Below are positions 1 to 9,949 of a stretch of 64,000 nucleotides of DNA, one piece after another. Position 1 is the stretch's first letter. Each line of letters starts with the position of its first letter. The notes under the pieces were generated by a model. It was given only the letters and a program-made list of their open reading frames with translations, was not told the origin of the DNA and ran no database searches. The translations under genes were made by a program, and so were the position numbers. Source of the DNA: Bugula neritina (lineage: Eukaryota > Animalia > Bryozoa); the NCBI GenBank assembly GCA_964035545.1, contig OZ037765.1, forward strand, positions 21,575,504 to 21,639,503, written 5' to 3'.

Positions 1-2195
1 TTTGAGAACAAAGTCTACAATGGCTTTCTTCACAGAAAGTAAATAGTCTTCCTTCATCTCGTCAGAAAGATTCTCAATCGTTTCACCATGACCAGTCTAC
101 AAATAAAGAAATTCCAAATGTACACCTACTTTCTATAGCTTAAAAATCAGAATTTCAACAAAAATTTATAATTATAAAGTAAAAATACTTGTCTAGAATA
201 AAAAAGAAAACTAAAAAGCAACTACATCTCTATTCATTTTACTTACTTTGAGGTCACCAGATATAAGCATAAGAACATTCTCCAGCCAAGAATCTTCCAT
301 GGGTGCAACATGCTCAGTGTCAATGCCATTGTGGATGTAGAAGTAATATCTCTGTAAAATCATCAATTAAAACAAACTATTAAAAATTCAACTCAAAGAA
401 AGTAAAACATAAAACAATAAAAGAAGTAACAGCAGGCATCTTTTCAAATACACTTGTTTTTATTGTTATGAACAAGTAATGTTCACCATAAATCTGTCAA
501 CATTGATATGATTGTCAATGTAGGATAGCCTGTATTGGATGATGGGATGCTAACATTAATGATAGTATACAACAGAGACTCAATAGAACATAACAGCTAG
601 GCATGCAGATAACACTAACAATTCCTGTATTCTTAAACTTTGCCACAAAATAAAAGCTAAGCAAATGGTAAAAAATAAATTAAGATGTTTTGCAGTAAAT
701 GGTATGTACATAAAACCAATAATCTACACACATACTGCATAATATAATCAAAGGTCCTCAGTACAAAAAAACTGTAAATGCTGTGTAGCAGTAGCATATC
801 GAATTGTGGATAAATTTGGCAAAAATTGATCAGGTTTAGTATCATGACCATGTGAAATAAAACAATTGGAATTAAGTGCATAAAATGGCAGATGCTAAAT
901 GTTTTATTACCAAAATGTCTTTTTCAGCGGGTGTGGGCGACCCAGTACTGGAGAGAGGAGGTAACTCTTGTTTCGATCCTGTCCGTGTTGCAGGTGGTTT
1001 TTCATCTTGCCTGGTGTTAACAATAAAAATAAGTGAAACAGGATTTTAACTAAAGTAGAGGTTATTTACGTTAGAAACAAAAAATATAGTTTTTAGCCTT
1101 TTTATATATTTTGCTTATTTAAAACTTGAGCTGAATTGTAAGCAAGCATGAAAGTTTAAAAAAATACTACTAGATTTCATCAATATGACAGAGCTTACAT
1201 TATAATATCTACTAATGCTTTTCTAAAGCTTTCTCTATCTTTCTTCATAGCTTGGGTATTGCTAAGAGCATTTTGAGCTTCTTGTTGCTGCTTTGCTTGC
1301 TCAAATGTCTTAGCTCTACTCTTTTGTTTACTCTTTTTGTCTCCTAAATGTGCAAAAGATAAAATGAAACAATTATATATTTCAAGAACCTTTTAAAGCA
1401 AAAAAATACATCAATTTGTTTATGTAATGTAAATGATAGTGCACAAAAAACATACGTGCAGTGAGCTCCGATATTAAGTCAATACTATTTCGATCATCTG
1501 TAGTATTTGGTGTGTTTGACAACAAGAAATTTGGCTTGTTTTCTTGCCACTGAGGTTTGGAGCGTGTATCTGCAAGAACTGGAAGAAATCTAATGGGATT
1601 GTCAGTATTTTTGCCTTTACTGCTGCCTGCTCGGCGAGGGCTCTATAAAAAATAAACAATAACCTACAGTAAAACTTTTTTCATTAAACAAAAGCAACTA
1701 CAATAAAAATGAAAGCATAACATTAATCAGTTTTTAAAGCAGCTAATCGTAATACTACTAGGTTTGGTAAAAAGTGATTCGAAAACATATTTTTTTAATT
1801 ATAGAATAAAGATAGTAAATTGACACTTTTGAAGTAATTTTGCATTAAATACAAAAAGCTTTCAAAACGATAATGATTATTATGGCGATGATTGTCATTT
1901 GAACTTTTTTATGACTAATCAACACAAACATAGCTCTAATACTTATAGCCTGACAGAGCTTCGTTTTCACCAATTAAAATGTATAATAAAGGTAATTTTA
2001 TTCAAGTGAATTGTTTTGCACCAAAAAAACTAGGAACAACTCCAAGTCAAAGTGACATTTTGAACGCAAAATTTCAATTTAGATCATTATGATCAAGTTC
2101 AACTCGAACTGTGAACGCTTAACATTAACAGCAAGTTAGCTCTTAAGCATAATTTAAAAACAATAATCGTAAAATTTTACCTTAGCCTCCGCCAT
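1..2195 (-). CDS. DNAH7: Axonemal inner-arm dynein heavy chain, DNAH7-like; N-terminal exons only, gene continues left of the window
   Basis: Exons at about 2181-2195 (MAEAK), 1457-1642, 1199-1343, 911-1010, 247-351 and 1-96 have GT-AG ends. They read ...PIRFLPVL...KPQWQ...SPTPAEKDILRYYFYIHNGIDTEHVAPMEDSWLENVL...LSDEMKEDYLLSVKKAIVDFVLK, matching the DNAH7 N-terminus as I recall it. Confidence 0.88.
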
Positions 2196-2304
2196 TACAG
2201 AAGAATAGTATTAAATTTTACATATGCGTCTATATTTCGACTAAGAGCCAACTTTAATCTATTTCATGGTGAAGCATGAAAAGGCACAACTTGTGCAATG
2301 ATTC

Positions 2305-2317
2305 GTTGCTAGGAAGC
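2305..2317. promoter_or_regulatory. RFX X-box-like element upstream of the dynein ATG
   Basis: GTTGCTAGGAAGC resembles the X-box GTTGCYATGGMAAC and lies 110 bp upstream of the start codon of a motile-cilia gene. Confidence 0.55.
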
Positions 2318-2327
2318 ATGAAAGTGA

Positions 2328-2342
2328 TCACTAGAGGGCGCT
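2328..2342 (+). promoter_or_regulatory. CTCF-like core motif
   Basis: TCACTAGAGGGCGCT matches the CCASYAGRKGGCGC core at all but the first base, in otherwise AT-rich intergenic DNA. Confidence 0.5.
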
Positions 2343-2868
2343 TTCAGCGTAGTCGCAATCCGATAGATACGTTGAATTTTCTGCTTAAAAACTGTTAATT
2401 TTGTACAAATAAATAAATGCAAATTTATAAGCTAACTTTTTTTAAAATAACAGCAAAAATGTGAATAACTTTAGTATGTTTTATGAAATCATGCATTTTC
2501 AGGTTCAAGGCAAAACAAAAATATTGGTAAGATAACTTCTTCAACATTGATTCAAATTGTAGTTGCAGCGTATTATGGAGGCTGCAACACGTTGTGTAAT
2601 TTTTAAATCTACTATAGATAAATGGCAACAGAAAAATAACCTCTTGAAACTTTTAAATACTTTAAATGCTTTTTATCACAAAGATCAACATAAAACAAAA
2701 ATGACAAAAAATAGTTCATAAACTCTAATATTTTGAAGTGGAAACATAAAGAAAGATTATGTGAAAAACAAGACCTATATGTTATATATATAATAGTGTC
2801 TATGTTAAAATAAGTGAATTAACGTTTTTAAAATAAAAGCCAGACATAGAATACAAATATATCTCATT

Positions 2869-5800
2869 CTATATAGCAAACAAATTCATAGTTAATAGCT
2901 TAACAGCATTTGATGGGTATATCCCTTCTTTAAATGCAATTCTACCAAAGCACCAACCATCACGGTCTCCTCTGATTTGATAAATAACCTCTCCTAAAAT
3001 AACCAATGTACATAGTTTACTAAACTAAAATAACAATCATTATTAAATCAATTACACACATTATTACAAGTATATGAAAATCAATACCTTTTTTAATATC
3101 TAAATGATTTCTTTGTGTAGCATTGAAGCTAGACACTGCCCTGACATACACATTACTCATGTCATAATGATCCTGATTAACTGAAGGCACATCATCGTCA
3201 TTTGAAGAAGAAGTTACACTTAAAGGAGGCTTCTTAAAAGTAGAGTCAAATGACCTTTTAGGCCGAATGCCCATATGAGCATCTTTAAATTCGCTGTTTC
3301 GAGCTGATGGCCCATTTCTATAACATAGATTAAATGAATTATCAGTACGTCATTTCAAAGATAATCAAAATTGAAATTCTGAAATGTACATATATATTCA
3401 TCTACATAAGAAAGATAAAACCAGAGCTCACAGAGAATAAATAAAATAGATTAAAATGTTGGCGTACTCACAAGCTTTCAGCAAGGGATGGACGTCTAAG
3501 CATAAACTCTTTAGTGGAAACTCTAGCAGTTGAATTAAACTGTTGAGAATCTGACGTGAGATGTTTGAGACGGCTGAATAGAACACCAGGACTTCTTAAC
3601 TGAGATGAGAACAGCCTGCTAGTGGAGGCACCAGATAGAAGCTGTGATCTGATTGGCTCCAAATCAGCATCCTACAGACAGTATAATCAAAGCATGGCTA
3701 TTGTACAGAGACAGTATAACCATTGAAATGCTCCATCAAGATTTGGCACGTGGCAAAGTAGCAGTTTGTGACTGATGATAAACAGTTTTAGCCAAGTGGA
3801 AAAAAAACTTACTTCAAACTTTGGAAAATTCCGAGGCATAGAAGACCCAAATAATTTTGCAAAAGAGTTCAAGTTTTGTTCTGGCTTAGCTACATTGAGA
3901 GGAAATACTGCCTGGCTGTAAATATTGCTTAACCTAAAACAATTGAAAATAAATTGGGATCATTACAAGTAATGAGATCAATAATTATTATAATAATAAA
4001 AAAATACTCAATATACCCAGATGTTTGTGAGCAACAGCTATATGCAACCAAATTGAAGATAAATACATGCTAAGACTCACGGCTCTTTGATGTGGACCTG
4101 TTGATTTACAACCCCAATGTAATCATGAAGACTGTTTAGCAAAGCAGTCAGTCTGTCTGATTCAATTCCTTGGCAGCGATCAAACTCCTCTTTCATACTC
4201 TGCAACACCAAAGCAATTTAAACTCCGTGTAAATGCAGAGCTAAAATTGAATATTAAAGCAGTAAGTGTGCAGCGTGTAGATTATGAAATATTCACCCTT
4301 TTGTAAGTCTCAACAATATTCTCATTGAATGAGCTGAACGCCTTCATGTAATTCAACTTAGCTTGCTCTTTAGCACTGGATAGTGAGTCTCGCTTAGCAT
4401 TGGGTTGGTGTTCAGACACAGCACTCTTCTTTAACTTGCTATTCAGCTGAAGGAAGTTTTTACTCAAATCGAAGTATTTCTACAAATAGTATTGTGAAAC
4501 TAAAGAAAACATAATCCTACAAAACTTTCGTTACCAAAAACAAGTAAAAGAAATGAAGAAAATATTATGCTTCTTTACACAAGTGCTCACATCAGAATGG
4601 TACCTCTTTTTTTAAAAAATGCACCACATATGTAGAAGGTTAAAGAATACATAAAGGGTATCGTTTGAGAATTTGTGCGATTTTTGTGCAATGTAGAATA
4701 TATTTTGATGATACAAAAATGCTATGTAATAGAAGACCTTTGAGCAAACCTCATCCAGTTTCATTAAAAGTGGTAAAATAATGATAAAGTTATTATATGT
4801 GTAAGATTTTGCTTGAGCAGCTTTCTTATGAGAAATGTAGTTTAATACCTGTTGAACTCGAGACTATGAGAATACTAGAATTGCTATTGCTCTTCATACA
4901 TTAAAAGATAGGAGGAATATTGCCAGTCATATACAAAATATGGTGTGAGTAAAGCAAGAATACAAGTGGAACAATACTGAACTAAAACATTAGAGAATTG
5001 GGAAAGTCAGAGTTAGATACATTCAACAATGAAGTAATGATAGCCAAAATCAGTCATCAATACATAATGCATCATTAGATGAAAACAAAAAAACTCGACA
5101 GACAACTGACCAACACCAACTTCAATCGAAACATAAAACAAACAAACCATCAACAAATTTGTTTAGAACTTGATAAGACGACAAAACAAGATACAGTGAA
5201 ACAGAAGCATGTGCCTTTTTCAACTTGTTAAGATGTTCTAGTGCTTTTTTGTAAGGTGCTTGAATAGATCGAAATGTCTCGCGACATTCCTTCACCTCTT
5301 TTAGTTCTTTCTGGAGAGGAACATTGTGGTAATGAGATTTCCTAAACCTATAAAACATGCTCACTAATCATATGAAAATTCAACTAAAATTCCACTGCAA
5401 CAAGTTTGATGAGCGCACAAGAATATGCTTTTTTTCACAAAAAAGCCAATAAAAAAGTTTTAAATGACAGAATAGTGAGAAAAAAGCTACACATTTCAAC
5501 TACACATAATGGTCAAATTTACTAAACTAGAACTAAGAGTGAGTCATGCTTTTCAAGCCTTTGACATGAACAAGTCCTCACTTGTGAATACTCTTTTGAA
5601 TTCCTTCCGAGTGAGTGATTCCAAGACCTGAACTAATCTTAAAATGAATATCTGCTATCTTACGGCCTTCTGTAAGAATACTCTGCCAAATGTCTTCTAT
5701 CTCCCCAAACTCTGGTCCTAAAATTACATGGTAACGCCAGGGAAACTAAAACATGACAAACTCATAAAAATTGAGCCACTTGTCTACATTATTTTTCTTA

Positions 5801-7068
5801 TTTTAGCAAATAGAGTAGAATGAATTTCTGAAGTGTGTGCCACCAAAAGTTATAAAACATAACTAACTTCACTTTAAGTTTAAAATTAAATATAAATTTC
5901 ACACCTATGCCGCAGTGATCCTGTTCAGGAGACAAGTTAAACATAAAACTTCAGGTACAGGACTCTTATTTTAATTGAACTTTATTTCATGTTTAAACTG
6001 ATTGCTATTCAACATAGATATCTGAACTAAAATTATGATTATAACCATTATATTATTTAGTAAATAGCCACTTTGAAAAAGTAATTGTGATAGCAATAAT
6101 ATTGACGAGAATAGATTAAAAACAACTCACAGTTGAAAATTGGTTTGGTTTGACAATAGCAAACTGTAACAATAGTTACTGTTGATAGTTTAATTTTAAT
6201 CAACATGCCAACAATAATAATTAATAACCATAATTATTTGAATGATAACCATTGAGGTTTATTGGTTGAGAATGCAGCTTTTGCTCTTTAGCAATATTAA
6301 CCTATTAGTTGGGAACACAACTGCAGTAGTTTGTGGAACCTGCTTTAATATAAATTCATGCTTAATAAATTTTGTAGACAATTCTGAATCAAAATATTCC
6401 AGCAAAATGCAAACGACTGCAGAATTCACAATTCTATTTATATTTGAAGTTCTTTCCTGCAGATGCGACACTTAAGGTAAACAGTATAAATAGTTAAACA
6501 ACTCAAGTATTTATAAAAAACAATTGTACTCTTGGTGCTAAAAACTAAGTGCATGATCAAAGTAGCCCGTAATCCAAATCTTTTTAATAGTTTTTTTTAA
6601 TATCACAAGCCAGTACAGAGTTTTATATGAAATCACTATGAAGCAATTTCTACAAGCGAAACATTAGGACTATATGAATGAGGTGAACAAAATCAGCATG
6701 ACAGGGCACATATTAAATTATAATCAATATTCTTATTGTGGTACACACCTTGCTTGACTGCAACCGACCACTTTTTATACCAACTTTGAAGTTTATCAGC
6801 ATATCTTCGCTCAATGGCTGCTCGCTCTCCAACCATCAAAAGAAAGTCATCAAGAGATCTGGAATACAAAGTGAGTAAAATAACTTCTAAGTAATAGCAA
6901 TTGTGACAATCTCACAAACCTCCAGAAAAAATTTAAATACCTTTTCCCATTTTCAAGCCTCTTGACTGTAGCATCATATTGACCTTCATCCCAGAATGTT
7001 TTATTTTCAGGAATAGGCAGATACTTGTCGCATGGTATGACAAAATTAAAATAACTCCCACTAGCCAT
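2869..7068 (-). CDS. PACSIN/syndapin-like F-BAR + SH3 protein (divergent), about 10 coding exons
   Basis: N-terminal TFWDEGQYDATVKRLENGK...ERAAIERRYADKLQSW parallels the PACSIN SFWEVGNYKRTVKRIDDG...ERARIEKAYA motif. FGSSMPRNFPKFE ends the F-BAR. The C-terminal SH3 reads VRAVSSF...GEVIYQIRGDRDGWCFGRIAFKEGIYPSNAV, with TAG stop at 2869-2871. Confidence 0.8.
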
Positions 7069-7199
7069 TCGCTTCTCAAGTTATTCTAATAATTTTCTAC
7101 AAAATGCAATATACAAATGTTATTCTGTACAAATTTTAACTAGTTTATTAATCATATTAATGCTCACTTCAGTGGTCAAGTCAAAGTCCACTTCGAACT

Positions 7200-8264
7200 G
7201 TAATTACTAAGTCACAAAATCAGACTTGAGAATTATTATTATAACAATACTATCAATAATAGTATTACTATTACTGTTGAGTGTTGTCTATTACTCAGCA
7301 TTACCAATAGACAACACTCAACAGTAATAGTAATAGTATTAGTGATAGTTATATTTAGAGTTAGTGTTAACGCAAAATAAACTCTAACTATTGTGATAAC
7401 CAATTATTATCTAATATATTTATTAACACTCTAATTACGATTTGCAAGTAGTTCAAATAAGTCTTAAGTTCAAGGGCATTCTAAATGAGTAAGCGAAAAG
7501 AAAAAGCCAGAATCTAGAGGTCTTGAAACTTATCGATATGAACCTGAATATCAATGAGATATGTAAACTTTAAAGCAAAAACCCAAAGCAAATTTGTTTG
7601 TGTGATCATCATAATGATAATTATCATTAAACTTTATGATTAAATATACAGACTGAAACTAAAAAGTAAATTAAAATGAATATGAGTAATTGTAATACTA
7701 ATAACCATTAGCAATAATTTTACTTAAACTAAACCTAATACTTATATTAATGTTATACTTATACTCATACTAATCTCATACTGTTGCATATGCTGTTACT
7801 GTTAATGTTATATAGTTATACTATTACTTAAAGTTAGACTGCAACTGTAAGGCGTAAGCGTATACTATAAGAATATAGTGCACAGTAAGCGATTTAGATT
7901 GTTATGTTTATTGTGATTGTGATAGCAATACTAGCCTTACTACTAGTACTACTACTACTGCTAAGACTACTATTACTACTAGTGCCACTACTAGTAGTAA
8001 TAATATAAAATAAAAATTGCTACTACTACGTCTACTACTAGTACTAGTACTATTAGTAGTACTGGTAGTACTAGATTTAGTAATACTAATAGTAATACTA
8101 ATACTACTAATAGTAATAGTGATAATAATTAAGTTTAAGAATTATTAAAGTATTATTATAAATTACTACAATTATGATTATTTTATTTTCATCATAATCA
8201 TATTCATACTGATAATATAAATATTATTAATACTTCATATAAATTATTAAATAACTATAAGTAT
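7200..8264. repeat. TA-rich cryptic simple-repeat array (TAC/TAA/TAG/TAT triplets); continues at 15759-16010 beyond the retrotransposon
   Basis: Runs such as tactagtactactactactgctaagactactattactact and aatactaatagtaatacta, with many short palindromes. Confidence 0.85.
7263..7335. repeat. Perfect 30-bp inverted repeat with 13-nt spacer
   Basis: tattactattactgttgagtgttgtctatt (7263-7292) is the exact reverse complement of aatagacaacactcaacagtaatagtaata (7306-7335). Confidence 0.95.
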
Positions 8265-8568
8265 TGTTATAATTTTCAGATTAGGGTTGATATGCTATCC
8301 AGAGAGTCTATTTATCTAGTATAGAACTGCACCAGGCTAAGTCGAGTGAACGAGTATATTTTATTCACAACTATACATCATAAAAACACGATACATTATT
8401 TCTAACAAGTTACACATCTAATCTATTTCACACTCTAGCTTCGACTGAGTTAGCAGCGGGAACTACAATTGCTGCTAACTATCAACTACGCTAATTGGCT
8501 ATCCATTGTTCCGGGTCAATTACGCGACCCTACATGTTGTGCTGCTGGTAGTTCCACGAACCACCACA
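8265..8568 (-). repeat. 3' LTR
   Basis: Identical by eye to 15455-15758. Minus-strand AATAAA at 8360-8365. Confidence 0.98.
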
Positions 8569-8579
8569 CCGCCCCCACC
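8569..8579 (-). other. Polypurine tract
   Basis: Minus-strand GGTGGGGGCGG directly abuts the 3' LTR. Confidence 0.85.
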
Positions 8580-8848
8580 AGCAGAAAGCCATCTTTCTGA
8601 TATATATATAAAAAAAACATTCAATAGTAATTGCATACATCAGTGGACAAAAATAATACATAATATACAGGAAGAGACATAATAATACACAGAGTCGTTA
8701 TAACGATCCGTTGCATACAATTGGCCAGCTGTAGATAGACGAGGAATACTAGCTAGCTGTGGTATTAGACAAGGAATAACCTGTCTAGCAGTTAAGCATT
8801 TGCACGAGTTTGGTTCATCACCAAATGTGGAGTATTCTGGGTAGCATA

Positions 8849-9636
8849 CTAGAGTCCTTGTTGGGCACGCCGGTGCTTGGCTTGGCATGTACGCAGTTTC
8901 CGTTTCATACGGCATACGGATCCCTTCAGCTGGAAGAGTCCTGTGGTAGTGTTGAGTAGATCTGGCGCCAGCTGGGTGAACTCTTCTTGTAATCGTAGGA
9001 GGCGTTCTTCTACTGTAGCTAGTCGTACTGGGTCTGGGGACGGTGTCCGTCTGCGGCGTAAGGGTGGACTGGGGGACCTGGTCCGTCTCTTCGCCGGGGT
9101 AGGGGAGATCTCTCCTTCTTCTGGATATGTAGTTTCCTCGGGGGTGTAGGTAATTGGAGGGCGGTCAGACACCAACGGGGATTGTTGGCGGGCGTTGTCT
9201 AACACACGTTGGAACCCCGAGGATAGAACGGCTAGTAGCATGGCCTTCTTTACCAGAGGTCGTATATATGTGAGGAACTCCGGGTACAGCTTGGCGTCGA
9301 CCACATAGTTTTCTCCAGGGAAACAGCCCGCCGCTCTGTGTCTGGTGACGGGGTAGGGGTACACATCATTGTACCCGCAGGGGCAGAAGGTCAGTAGGAG
9401 ATGAGCATTGACGTGTAGTTTAAGGGAGCGGTGAGAGGCGCAATCTTCACCACAGATCTGGCATCTCGTCCGTCCTCTGGACCCCCAGGCTGTTTCTATT
9501 TCTTCTTCGGTTTGTGGAGACACCCACCGCCAACGGCGGCGTAGTGGCTCAGGCCGGTCACCGCTAGCATAGTCCTCCGGATACGGAGCGGGAAGTGTTC
9601 TATCCCGTACCCTGGTTGTAGCGGGTCGAGTGTAAT
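8849..9636 (-). CDS. Retrotransposon ORF3, major exon: C2H2 + C2HC zinc fingers, Arg/Ser-Pro-rich segment, C-terminal coiled coil; not an envelope protein
   Basis: Open frame of about 262 codons with CQICGEDCASHRSLKLHVNAH (C-x2-C-x12-H-x3-H) and CPCGYNDVYPYPVTRHRAAGC. It is preceded by a TACTAAC branch point (9656-9662) and a TTTTTCAG acceptor. Confidence 0.85.
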
Positions 9637-9900
9637 CTGAAAAAGTTTCAACAGTGTTAGTACAGTACACTGCTGTGTTGTCAGCTTGAGCAGCTTGGCA
9701 ACTCCTAATTCAGTTACCTCGTAGAGATTAATGATAGTGAATAGTCAGATAGAACCGTATTGCAATGAGATTATAAAAATCTCTAAGTCAAACTGAGTTC
9801 TTACTACGGTATTTCACTAACCTATCTCCAGCTCGATTGACTCAGTGAGTCGGAGCTGAGCGATGCAATCTAGTTTCGTATTAAGATATAGTTAACTCAC

Positions 9901-9926
9901 CCCACGATCTGTTGTCGTAAGACATA
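9901..9926 (-). CDS. Candidate 26-nt mini-exon supplying the ORF3 start codon (MSYDNRSW)
   Basis: Minus strand reads tttcacatattcag|T ATG TCT TAC GAC AAC AGA TCG TGG G|gtgagt. The phase-1 donor matches the phase-1 acceptor at 9636. Confidence 0.6.
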
Positions 9927-9949
9927 CTGAATATGTGAAATGGTTTGAA

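Noticed and set aside
4650-4800. Possible decayed non-autonomous DNA transposon fragments (also near 34740, 42030 and 60255)
   Set aside because: Termini and TSDs could not be defined by eye.
8640-8915. 91-aa ORF overlapping the end of ORF3 as a fourth gene
   Set aside because: No recognisable motif, and it runs into AT-rich 3' untranslated sequence; unsupported without conservation data.
9030-9100. RRRRTPSP resembles the hepadnavirus core arginine-rich tail
   Set aside because: Short low-complexity match with no other capsid similarity; convergence is more likely than homology.
8849-9670. ORF3 as an env gene
   Set aside because: No signal peptide, no evident transmembrane anchor and no fusion-protein cysteine pattern; it has zinc fingers instead.
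9637-9720. Nearby donor GAG|GTAACT forming an 81-nt intron for ORF3
   Set aside because: The upstream sequence in the required phase hits TAA within four codons and has no ATG.
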